Source of the DNA: an uncultured Acidimicrobiia bacterium
GTDB taxonomy: Bacteria > Actinomycetota > Acidimicrobiia > Acidimicrobiales > AC-14
Direction: 5' to 3'
NCBI GenBank assembly: GCA_963836205.1
Contig: CAWIIV010000007.1
Location: forward strand, 64,001 to 128,000
DNA length: 64,000 nucleotides
A program made the position numbers and the translations under genes. Below are positions 50,833-59,850 of this stretch, one piece after another. Every line of letters starts with the position of its first letter. Positions within the stretch are counted from its first letter, which is position 1. A model generated the notes under the pieces. That model made no database searches, was not told the origin of the DNA, and worked only from the letters and a program-made list of their open reading frames with translations.

Positions 50833-52530
50833 TCATCTCGGCCGTACTGGCGTTTGTCGAGGGTCAACGGCTGCGGACCCCTTGGCGGCGGCAGACAGGC
50901 GCTGTGCGAGGTACTGGACCGGCTCTCGTTGATCGGGTGGGAGATGCTCGCCGCCGGTGGTCTCGGCGATGACGAACACGCGATTCCGGACCCGTCCCCT
51001 CGTCAGGGCGGTGTAGCCGGACTCGGCACCGAGGTTCTCGCCCCAGACCAGGGCGACGTCGCAGGTGGCGCCCTGGGCCTTGTGGACGGTGAGGGCGTAG
51101 CCGTGGCTGAGGTTGCCGGCGGCCAGGTAGGCCTCGGGTAGCTCTACCTCCCCGTTGTCGAGGGTGACGATGGGGGCCTTGTCGCCGACGCCCGCGACGG
51201 TGCCGGTGTCGCCATTGACGACGCCGAGGCGCTTGATGTTTCTGGTGCACACGACCCGGTCGCCGACGGCGAACTCGACGTGGCCCACCTGGGCCACGAC
51301 GGGGCCGAGCGAGCCTTCGGCCTCCATACGCTGACGGGCCCGGGCGTTGAGTTCGGCGACGGTGTCGCGGGTGGGGCCGAGCATGAGCACGTCCTTGCCC
51401 GCCTTGGTCGCGGCAGACCAATCCTCGACCATGGCGTCGGCCAAGGCGTCGGCGTTGGTGACCACGACCATGCCGCCCAGGCGGCGAAGACGCTCGACCG
51501 CCCGCCGCACGTGGCCGTCCCGCAGGTCGGCCACCACTGCCCGCTCGCCGGGGTGCTGCTGCCGTCGGTTGCCGGTGAGCTGGGTCGTCCCCAGGCGGGA
51601 GGCGAGGGCCTCAAACAGGCCCCCTGCCTCGATGGCCGGCAGTTGCTTGGGGTCGCCGACGAGCACCAGCTTGGCCTCGGCGTGGGCGCAGGCGTGGACC
51701 AGGCGGGCCAGCTTGCGGGTCCCCACCATCGCCGCTTCGTCGATGACCACGATCGATCTTCGGTCCAGCGACTCGTTCCCCGCTTTGAGGTCGATGAGGA
51801 GGCGGTCGATGGTGCGGCTGGTGATTCCCGAGCCCGCTTGCAGGCCCCGGGCGGCCCGGGCGGCGAGGGCGCAGCCCAATACCCGGGAGCCGCCCGCCTG
51901 CCATGCGGCACGGGCCGCGTCGAGGGCGAAGGTCTTGCCCGAGCCGGGAGCCCCGACCACCACGTCGATCTGGTCGCCGCTGGTGGCAATCCGCCGGACC
52001 ACCGCCACCTGCTCGTAGGACAGCGACGGCCGTGCACTCAGGGCCTCGTCCACGCGCTCGTCATCGGCGACACCGAACCCACTGGCCCGACCGCCGACGG
52101 CGATTGCGACCACCCGTTCCTCCAGGGCCAGCATCTTGGTCGTCGTCCACCGCCCTTCGGCGACTTCGACGACGAGGGGACTGGCCAGGAACGCCTGCGC
52201 ACGCTCCCCGATCTCGGCCAGTTCGGCGCCGTCGGATGCGGCGGCGGCCACCACCCACACCGCCTTGGCCGCATCGAAGGTGGCCTCGTCCAGGGTGATG
52301 CGACCGGCAAGGGCCTCGTCGATGGGCAGAGGGGCGAAGGCGCGACCGGACGAGCGGGGGACAGACGCCGGGTCGAAGCCGAGCTGTTCCGCCTCCTCTC
52401 GCCATCCGATGCGCAGGTCCAACTCGGAGACTGAACGGTCCTTGGCCTGGCGGGTGCGAGGGTGGCGACCTCGGCCGCCCTGGGCCCGGACGTGCCCTTC
52501 TTGCGCATGTCGATGGCCGCTCGGCGCCGA
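50833..52530 (-). pseudogene. MobF/TrwC relaxase-helicase, N-terminal relaxase domain deleted
   Basis: GAPGSGKT, VIDEAAMV, LVGDPKQL, LTGNRRQ, GYALTVHKAQGAT, YTALTRGR; upstream frameshifted RRAAID...RAAEVATL/TRQAK is the tail of the TrwC domain. Confidence 0.85.
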
Positions 52531-53649
52531 CAGCTTGGAGGGGTCGATCGCCTACCGTCCGGTCGTTACCGCGTCCGGCTGACCGACCCGGCAACCGGAG
52601 CGAGGGTCAGCGCGGGCACGTACACGAACAAGGCTGACGCGGAGAAGGCGTTCGCCTCGGCGGTGACGGCCCAGGACCGGGGCACCTGGGTTGCTCCCCG
52701 GACCACCCTCACCCTCGCTGACTACTCGGGACAGTGGCTGGAGTCGAGGCTGACGAGCAAGGGATCGAGGCTGCGGCCTCGGGTCCGGGAACTATGCGAG
52801 GGCCAGCTCCGGCTCCACATCCTCCCGACCCTCGGACGGGCGCCACTGGCAAAGCTGCGTCCCACGACGGTCCGGTCCTGGTACACGGCCCTGGTCGACC
52901 ACGGGCCGGGCGCCATCACCGCGGCCAAGTGCTACCGGCTCCTGCGGGCGATCCTGAACACCGCCGTCGAGGACGGGCTGCTGGCCGTCAATCCCTGTAC
53001 CATTCGCGGGGCCGGCGCCGAACGGTCGCCGGAGCGCATCATCCCCACGGTCGGCCAAGTCGTCGAGCTCGCCGACACGGTCGACCCCAGGTATCGGGCA
53101 CTCGTGCTCCTCGCCGCGTTCGGGGGACTGCGGCGGGGCGAACTGTTCGGGCTGCGGCGCCGTCACGTCGATCTGACGCGGGGCGTGGTGACCATTGAGG
53201 TGCAGCGCCAGCAGCTGGCCCACGGCGAGCAGATCGTCGGACCGCCCAAGTCGGAGGCCGGCCGGCGCACCGTCGCATTGCCGCCGCAGGCGATCGTCGC
53301 CCCACAGTCACACCTCGACCAGTGGACAGGTCCGGCGGCCGACGATTGGGTCTTCACCGGCGCCAAGGGCGGTCCGCTGCGTGACGCCGTCTGGCAGCAC
53401 CAGTGGGACGTCGCCCGTCGAAGCGCCGGTCTCCCGAACCTCCACTTTCACGACCTCCGCCACGTCTCGGCCACGCTCACAGCGGCCACCGGCGCCGGTG
53501 TGAAGGAGATCATGCATCGCCTCGGGCACTCGTCGGCCCAGGCCGCCCTCCGCTACCAGCACGCCACGCCGGAGCGGGACCGGGCCATCGCCGAGGCCAT
53601 CTCCCGGCTAATAGAAGCGGCTGCCACCACCGATCCAAACCCATCATGA
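52507..53649 (+). CDS. tyrosine recombinase/integrase
   Basis: LPSGRYRVR N-terminal arm, GLRRGEL, PKSEAG, HDLRH, RLGHS, RYQH catalytic set. Confidence 0.95.
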   Translation: MSMAARRRQLGGVDRLPSGRYRVRLTDPATGARVSAGTYTNKADAEKAFASAVTAQDRGTWVAPRTTLTLADYSGQWLESRLTSKGSRLRPRVRELCEGQLRLHILPTLGRAPLAKLRPTTVRSWYTALVDHGPGAITAAKCYRLLRAILNTAVEDGLLAVNPCTIRGAGAERSPERIIPTVGQVVELADTVDPRYRALVLLAAFGGLRRGELFGLRRRHVDLTRGVVTIEVQRQQLAHGEQIVGPPKSEAGRRTVALPPQAIVAPQSHLDQWTGPAADDWVFTGAKGGPLRDAVWQHQWDVARRSAGLPNLHFHDLRHVSATLTAATGAGVKEIMHRLGHSSAQAALRYQHATPERDRAIAEAISRLIEAAATTDPNPS

Positions 53650-53679
53650 CCGGCGGAACGCGATCGACGGTATGCAGCC

Positions 53680-55371
53680 TCATTCGTCAGGGGGCGGTCC
53701 GTAACGCACGCCTCGCCCGCCTCGCGCGTCACCAATCTTCGTGACGAGGCCGCGGGATCGCAGATCGGCGAGCAGGTTTCGGGCTCGGTAAACGTCGATG
53801 TCGAACATTCGCTGAACGGTTCGATTGGTCACATAGCCGTACTCTCGAATGTGGTCGAGGACCTTGTCGTCAGATCCATCGAGTTGCCGACGATGGTATG
53901 TCAAGGCTCGGGCCAGTCCCGCGACGGCCTCTGGGCGCAGGCGGTAGGTGGGGACAGGGTGGTGCGCCGTCCGCCGCGTCGGTTCAGCCACCCGCTCGTC
54001 GGACATTCGCTGCAGGATTCGCTGGGCCTCTGCAGGAGACCGCTGGATGGCTGCGGCGAGGATCAGTGCATCGATGGTTCGCCGCCGCCTGAGCATCGAT
54101 AGAGCGAGTAGCACGTCGACGTCTCGGCCAAGAGCATCGGGGAGGTCGGCCACGTACCGCACGAAAGGCTTGTTGCCCGTGCCGCCCTCCAAGACGGCCT
54201 GGACCAATACGTCCTCCGCTCGGAACGAGGGGGGTTCCTTCCCGCTCCGAAGCATCTCCCGATAGGCCCGATCAACCCCCTGTCCGGTCCGTTCGGCTAG
54301 CTGCAGGAGAGCAATGGTCTCGGTCAGCAGCCTGTTTCGGGGTGTGGACGGGTAGGTGAGGATGTTCTCGGGAGTCACGCCAGCTACGAACCCGCCAGGG
54401 CTCGAGATCGTCAGCTGGTCAGCGGTGTGCTCGATGTCGACGGTGCCGTGGGTGTCGTACGAGCGGTGGATCAGAGCGTTCACGACCAGCTCCCGAACGG
54501 CGTCGATGGGATAGTCGGTGAGTGAAAGCTGTACCCCTCCCGGAAGACTCAGCGGCTCACTCTCGGTACGTCGTTCGACCGCGTCGATGAGCAGCTCGAT
54601 CGCAGCGAGCATCGGCTCCCTGCCTCGGATTCGACTCGTTGCCTCTGCCCCCGACGTCGGTCGGTACTGGTATGAGTACCCGTATTCAGGGAAGCGTTCC
54701 GCGAGTATTTCGGTAGGAGCGAGGAGAATTGCTCCTGCTCTTGTCACTCGGCCATCCACTGCCAATCTGAGGTCGGCCAGCAGCCGCTCCGTGTCGATTC
54801 CGGCAAGCTCGCGGCGACCGGCGCGCCGAAGCAGCTGCCGGAGCCGTTCAATCTCAAGCGGGGCGAGTTGTGCCGGCCGCACGTCAGCTTCCTCCGCCGA
54901 CCAGTCGATCAGACCGCGGGCCGCAAGGACCTCCCGCTGCTGATCAGGCGTGAACGGAAGGCACTCATGCCCGAGTCGGCGTGTCGCGAGCCCGGCTGCA
55001 TTCGAACAGGTGCCGACGCCTTGGGGCACCAACACGACCACAAGCCGGCGACCGTGCTCGATGCGCTCGGCGACGAAGCACGTCAGGCTCGGGCGGGTGC
55101 GGTCGAAGATGCCCTTCCGGATGATGTCGACGCTGAGCCCCGGTGGTACGTCCTGGAAGGCCTCTGAGCCACCCCGGTCATCGATCACCCCGAGCACGAT
55201 GTCGCCGCCCCGGGCGTTCGCGAAGCACACCGCTGCGTCGGCGAGCATCCGAAGCGTGCCCTTCAGGTCGCGGTCGGCCTGCTTGAACTCAAGCGTGTCC
55301 CCCTCAAGTTCTCGCGCCCTCAGACCCATGGCCACGCTCGCTAGAGCAGCTTCGACCGAGCTCGGAACCAT
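53680..55371 (-). CDS. AlbA_2 (Schlafen-like) domain + HATPase_c_4/RecG-C-like + wHTH protein
   Basis: EGDTLEFK, FANARGGDIVLGV, RELVVNALIHRSY, SPGG, PRNRLL, ERTGQGV. Confidence 0.88.
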   Translation of the reverse strand: MVPSSVEAALASVAMGLRARELEGDTLEFKQADRDLKGTLRMLADAAVCFANARGGDIVLGVIDDRGGSEAFQDVPPGLSVDIIRKGIFDRTRPSLTCFVAERIEHGRRLVVVLVPQGVGTCSNAAGLATRRLGHECLPFTPDQQREVLAARGLIDWSAEEADVRPAQLAPLEIERLRQLLRRAGRRELAGIDTERLLADLRLAVDGRVTRAGAILLAPTEILAERFPEYGYSYQYRPTSGAEATSRIRGREPMLAAIELLIDAVERRTESEPLSLPGGVQLSLTDYPIDAVRELVVNALIHRSYDTHGTVDIEHTADQLTISSPGGFVAGVTPENILTYPSTPRNRLLTETIALLQLAERTGQGVDRAYREMLRSGKEPPSFRAEDVLVQAVLEGGTGNKPFVRYVADLPDALGRDVDVLLALSMLRRRRTIDALILAAAIQRSPAEAQRILQRMSDERVAEPTRRTAHHPVPTYRLRPEAVAGLARALTYHRRQLDGSDDKVLDHIREYGYVTNRTVQRMFDIDVYRARNLLADLRSRGLVTKIGDARGGRGVRYGPPPDE

Positions 55372-55445
55372 GGAACTGATCCTAACTGATTGACTTCCGT
55401 ATTCGTCGGACTATCAGTTAGCCGCCAGTTGTAGGAGCGGTGACC

Positions 55446-57333
55446 TAGGAAGCTTGACCTCCATGTTCTGTCGTCGGTGAGTCAAGTTCTGAGACCGATT
55501 CCCTCGGACCGAGTTGGGTCAGGCCGCGGGACTGAGGGTGAAGCCGGACTGCTTGGCTATCCGGTCGAGCTCGCGGTCGAGGTTGGCGATGGCGCGTCGG
55601 AGCTTGCCGTCGGGGTCGCCCCTGGGGTTGGTGGCCAGGTCGGCCATGGCGGTGGCGGTGAACCGGGCATGGGCGCGGTGCAGCACGACGGCGGCGTTGA
55701 GGCCGAAGTCGGTGACGGTGTAGCGGTGGGTGTGGGGGATCCGCTCGATGAGCCCGTGGAGGCGGAGCCGGCGCAGGTGATAGGTCATGCGGCCCGGGGT
55801 CATGGTCTCGGCGGGGACGCCGAGCAGGGGTGCGAGCAAGCCTCGCAGGTCGCGGTTGGCGAAACCGGTGGGCAGCAGGTGGCAGACGACGAGCGCGCCG
55901 AACAGGGCCTGGGTGACGGGGTGGTCGAAGCGCAGGGCGGGGACGCGCTGGCCCTCGACGTGGACGGGTAGGCAGACGCGGTTGTAGGTGTCGGCTCCGA
56001 GGATGGGGTCGCTGCTGGTTCGTTGCACCTGGAGGAGGCGCCGGTTGGCGGGGAAGCCGACCTGCCGCAGGGCGGGCAGGTTGGTCAGCCGCTTGCCGAT
56101 CCCGAAGTCGCGGGTGTCGTTGACGGTCGTCTCCGTGCGAAGGGCGATCTCCTTCTTGAAGTACTGCTTGATCCGGGAGTGCTTGTAGTCGACGTGGACC
56201 GACGGGATGACCCCCTCGGTGAGAACTCTGGTCCGGAACCGGAATCGCTTCAGCGTCGGCTTGGGGATCCGTCGCCCGAAGGTGAGCGACACCTGGTCGG
56301 GCCGGCCGGCGTCGAGGTTGGCCCGGATGACATCCTCGAAGAACACCCGCCCCGCCACGGGCCGGTCGAGAACCTGGGTGAGGGAGAACTCGGCTTGCAG
56401 GACCGAGATGTCGTAGCGGTAACCGGCAGCCCGGTCCTCGGGGGTGAAGGGGTGCGGGAGCCGGGCCAACCACTTGCGGACGAAGGCGTCGATCTCGTCG
56501 GGCCCCAGCCGGTCGCAGATCGCCTGCAGGGCGGCCGGGTCCTCACAGGCACCGAACACGTTGTCCAGCCGTTCAAAGCCGAGCCCGGCCTTGGCCGCTT
56601 GCTGCTGGGCCCAGTGGTGGCCGTTGATGCACACCTTGGCCGTGTAGGGAAAGTAGGTGCAGAACTTGACGAAGAACGGGCCGAAGTCGGCGTCGAAGCC
56701 GTAGAAGTAGAAGTGGTTCGGCATGGCGGTGGCGTTCACGATCCACGGGTAGGCCTTGCCCGTCATGGGGTTGAGCCGCTTCTCGGTCCGATAGACCCGG
56801 GTCTTCTCCTGGGCCCGGCCGACGAACAGGACCTGCTCGCTCACCCCGTCGTGGCCGGCCAGGTACTCATGGGCGACGTCGTCCTTGCGTTGGCCCTTGG
56901 TGAAGTGGACCAGGTCGAGGCCGTGGTCGCGGATGAACCGGTGGATCCCCTCGACGAAGGCGGTGGTCATCGGGTCCATCAGCGCAGAGGAGGCGAAGGG
57001 CATCTGTCGGTGGCCCCTGAAGAAGCCGACCACACCACCCGGGAACATCAGCTTGGGCTGGTAGAGGTTCAGGTACATGCGGTCGATGCAGTCGATCTCG
57101 AAGATGACGTGGTCGTCGAGCACGTCGGCCATCGTGGCGGGTACGGTCATCGTCGGGCTCCGGTCGACTCAGGCCCTCAACGGCCAACAACCGCTTCAGG
57201 CGGTACAAGCGACACCTTCGGGCGTCGCATCTAGGCTCGACCGGAGCCTACGAACACCTGCCGCCGACGCCAACCGCACCGACCTGATCGCGCCACCACA
57301 CCGCCTCGTCGGGCTGGGGCGAAGCCCCGTTAG
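55446..57333 (-). mobile_element. putative IS-like element without terminal inverted repeats (TAG borders, subterminal hairpins)
   Basis: High-GC3 single-ORF unit within lower-GC flanks; TAG at 55446-55448 and 57331-57333; hairpins CTTGAC..GTCAAG (55453-55486) and GGGGC-GAA-GCCCC (57316-57328). Confidence 0.5.
55519..57150 (-). CDS. putative transposase / Rep_trans-like nickase with C-terminal wHTH
   Basis: IKQYFK...LRTETTVND resembles the YxK...RxE motif of rolling-circle initiators; C-terminal TYHLRRLRLHGLIERIPHTHRY wHTH; no DDE or HUH motif seen. Confidence 0.6.
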   Translation of the reverse strand: MTVPATMADVLDDHVIFEIDCIDRMYLNLYQPKLMFPGGVVGFFRGHRQMPFASSALMDPMTTAFVEGIHRFIRDHGLDLVHFTKGQRKDDVAHEYLAGHDGVSEQVLFVGRAQEKTRVYRTEKRLNPMTGKAYPWIVNATAMPNHFYFYGFDADFGPFFVKFCTYFPYTAKVCINGHHWAQQQAAKAGLGFERLDNVFGACEDPAALQAICDRLGPDEIDAFVRKWLARLPHPFTPEDRAAGYRYDISVLQAEFSLTQVLDRPVAGRVFFEDVIRANLDAGRPDQVSLTFGRRIPKPTLKRFRFRTRVLTEGVIPSVHVDYKHSRIKQYFKKEIALRTETTVNDTRDFGIGKRLTNLPALRQVGFPANRRLLQVQRTSSDPILGADTYNRVCLPVHVEGQRVPALRFDHPVTQALFGALVVCHLLPTGFANRDLRGLLAPLLGVPAETMTPGRMTYHLRRLRLHGLIERIPHTHRYTVTDFGLNAAVVLHRAHARFTATAMADLATNPRGDPDGKLRRAIANLDRELDRIAKQSGFTLSPAA

Positions 57334-57357
57334 TCAATGATGTGAACGTCCCTCGTG

Positions 57358-57528
57358 CTGGTCGCCACCGGAGCCGGGGTGAAAGAGATCTTGCACCGTC
57401 TCGGGCACTCCTCCGCCCAGGCCGCCCTCCGCTACCAGCACGACTCCCCGGAGCGAGACCGAGCCATCGCCGAGGCCATCTCCCGCCTCATCGAGCCGGC
57501 CAACACCGCCAAATCGGACCCGCCGTAG
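57358..57528 (+). pseudogene. duplicated integrase 3' end
   Basis: LVATGAGVKEILHRLGHSSAQAALRYQHDSPERDRAIAEAISRLIE, nearly identical to the C-terminus of the 52507-53649 integrase. Confidence 0.88.
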
Positions 57529-57848
57529 CACTGGGGAGCGTTCAGGAAGGCGGGTCGAACTGGCGCACCCCTCCGGGCGTCGACCACCCAGAGCTGGCTC
57601 GTGGGATCGCCAATCTCCAAGGCCGTGCACAATCGCTCCAGTACGGCCTCCAACTCGACTCTGCCGGGGCGGTCGCTGACCCGCAGTACGACGATCCCCG
57701 CCGTCGCCTCGGGAGGGAACCGGAACGGGTTGGAGAAGTCGAGGTCGAGCGTGACGCGGGCCCGGGTCGCGCCGGCGGCGGCAGCGAGCACGTCAGCGTC
57801 GAACGCCCCTTCCATTCCCTCGTCGGAGACGGTGTCGACGTCATAACC

Positions 57849-59261
57849 GGTTCTTCGCGAAACCTGGTGATCGCGCCGCCTGAATGGCTTCCCCGTCATC
57901 ATCGGCGATCCCGGCCTCAGCTCGCCAGCGCTGGCGGGTGACCGGAGCAGAACAGAAGCACCCGGGCTCGGTAGTTGGCTCTGGAGGCGAACCCGTACGC
58001 CATTCGCTCCAGCACCTCGATGCGGGTGTTCACCCCCTCCGAGGCTCCGTTGGTGGCCCGGTCGGTCTTGTGGAAGTTGAGCGCCTCGACCCCCCAGCGG
58101 CAGAACGTGGTGATGGCCGATCCCAGGTTGATTCCCGCGGCCAGGTAGGCGTCGGTGAACCAGTCCAGCGCTTGCTCGGCGTCGGCGTCGTTCTCGGCGC
58201 AGAACACGACGTGAAATCTCTGCACCAGGCCCCACACCACGCCGAGCTCGGGATGGGCGTCGAAGAGTGCGCCCAGGCGGGCCATCTCCTCGCCGCTGAG
58301 TCGGTCGAGCCGCTTCATCAGCAGGAACCGGGCCCGGAACACCTCGGCGTCATGCGGCTGGCCGAGGGGGCTGCGCTGGGCGTCCCGGCGGGCGCTGACC
58401 AGCACCTTGGCGAAGCCGCGCACGACATGGAACCGATCCGCCACGTGGCGGGCGTGGGGCAGGTGCTTGCGCACCGCAACCCGGTAGCACTCGGCCATGT
58501 CGGTCACCACCACCGACACGCCCCCTCGCCAAGATGGGCTCTGAGCTGCGAGGAAGCCCCCCAGCACATCCGCCGAGCGGCCCTTGAGCACGGCGATGAC
58601 GGCGCCCCGGTCGCCGTCGGTGAGGATGGTGGAGAACTGGCCCCGGCCCTTGCGCATCGACTTCTCGTCGACCAGCAGCACCCGGCAGGGACGACGCCGT
58701 CGAGCCCGGGCCAGCAGCTCGCCCTCGGCCAGCACCAGGCGCATCACCCGGTGCCAGGACAGTCCGTGGCGGCGGGCCACGGCGGCAACGGTCATGTCCT
58801 TGGCGTCGGCCACCACCGCCCGGGCCAGTCGCCTGGTCATGCGGTCGACGAAGAACGGATGGCTCTCCGTCGTCGTCGTGCGACAGTTCTTGCACCGGAA
58901 CCGGCGGCGGTGCCAGACCAGGGTGACGGGCCGTCCCGACACGGCCAGGTCGGCGATGCGGACCTTGCGGGTGGCATGCACCCGGGCCGTCTTGTGCCCG
59001 CAGGCCGAGCAGCGGATCACGTTGGCGATGGCCACCACCGCCACCACCAGGGACTCGGGCAGGTCCTCCACCACCTCCAGTACACGCACCGCGCGCAGGT
59101 GCAGGCGGATCGTCATAGCGTCGAGGGCAGCCACCAGGCCTCCTTGTTCGATCAGCTTCGTCACTGACCAGTTCAGGAGGCCCGGTGGCCCAGATGGTGG
59201 ATGCCGGCTACGGCACCGGCGCCCGTTCACGAGAGGCCGTCACCAGCTTTCGCGAAGAGGG
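57849..59261 (-). mobile_element. ISL3 family insertion sequence
   Basis: Imperfect 22-bp IRs (GGTTCTTCGCGAAACCTGGTGA / rc CCCTCTTCGCGAAAGCTGGTGA); TCATAACC duplicated at 57841-57848 and 59262-59269. Confidence 0.9.
57917..59134 (-). CDS. ISL3 family transposase
   Basis: CSACG...RRRFRCKNC zinc finger, LLVDEKS, VTDMAECY, DRFHVV, TNGASEGVN; start uncertain. Confidence 0.93.
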   Translation of the reverse strand: MAALDAMTIRLHLRAVRVLEVVEDLPESLVVAVVAIANVIRCSACGHKTARVHATRKVRIADLAVSGRPVTLVWHRRRFRCKNCRTTTTESHPFFVDRMTRRLARAVVADAKDMTVAAVARRHGLSWHRVMRLVLAEGELLARARRRRPCRVLLVDEKSMRKGRGQFSTILTDGDRGAVIAVLKGRSADVLGGFLAAQSPSWRGGVSVVVTDMAECYRVAVRKHLPHARHVADRFHVVRGFAKVLVSARRDAQRSPLGQPHDAEVFRARFLLMKRLDRLSGEEMARLGALFDAHPELGVVWGLVQRFHVVFCAENDADAEQALDWFTDAYLAAGINLGSAITTFCRWGVEALNFHKTDRATNGASEGVNTRIEVLERMAYGFASRANYRARVLLFCSGHPPALAS

Positions 59262-59325
59262 TCATAACCGCGGTCGCGGAGGCCGTTGATCTAGGTGGCG
59301 CCGAGGTTCTCGTCGAGCTTCAGCC

Positions 59326-59560
59326 TCACGCCACGTCGACGAAGCGGGATGTGGCCATCAGGGCGCCGTAGGCCAGGCAGGCGTGCACATCGTCGGTGAC
59401 TAGCTGGGGGTACTCCTCGAGGACGCCCTCCGTGCGTCGCGCCGTCGGCGAGCAGGCCGAGGACGAGGCCTACCCAGATGCGCGTGCCCCGGACGACCGG
59501 CTTGCCGAAGCAGACCTGCGGGTCGATGACGATCCGGTCGAGGAGGGCATCAGGTGACAC
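59326..59560 (-). pseudogene. DUF433 antitoxin, frameshifted
   Basis: RIVIDPQVCFGKPVVRGTRIWV...GAT / EGVLEEYPQLVTDDVHACLAY split by a frameshift near 59430. Confidence 0.85.
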
Positions 59561-59639
59561 AGCGTCATCGTACGGGGGCCGGGGAGAAGAACGCTCGCAA
59601 CGTTGCCTGCGGCGACCGGCACGGCCCGTCCCGACCGCT

Positions 59640-59685
59640 CGTGACCCTCACGTGACCGGAATCCTAAGGTCACGCCAAGGTCACG
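59640..59685. repeat. putative integrase arm-type sites
   Basis: CGTGACC at 59640 and 59651; AGGTCACG at 59667 and 59678. Confidence 0.65.
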
Positions 59686-59754
59686 CCGGCCTTTGGAGCC
59701 CGATTCGGAGCCCTCGCCAGAGCCTAGAAATAGCCCCTGACCTGGGCTTTTGTC

Positions 59755-59828
59755 TGGAGCGGGCGACGGGAATCGAACCCGCGTTCTCAGCTTGGGAAGC
59801 TGATGTTCTGCCGCTGAACTACGCCCGC
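59755..59828 (-). tRNA. tRNA-Gly (CCC)
   Basis: GCGGGCGTAGTTCAGCGGCAGAACATCAGCTTCCCAAGCTGAGAACGCGGGTTCGATTCCCGTCGCCCGCTCCA folds as a cloverleaf, anticodon CCC, encoded CCA. Confidence 0.97.
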
Positions 59829-59850
59829 GAGGCGGGGCTTACTTTACCGG

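Larger units (their letters stand above)
57542..59329 (-). pseudogene. DUF5615 PIN-like toxin, interrupted by ISL3
   Basis: MRLKLDENLGAT*INGLRDRGYD [IS] VDTVSDEGM...VTLDLDF...GIVVLR; internal stop and a late frameshift. Confidence 0.85.
45446..59803. mobile_element. integrative genomic island at tRNA-Gly(CCC)
   Basis: 47-bp direct repeat of the tRNA 3' part at both ends; internal tyrosine integrase, relaxase remnant and lower-GC cargo. Confidence 0.9.
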
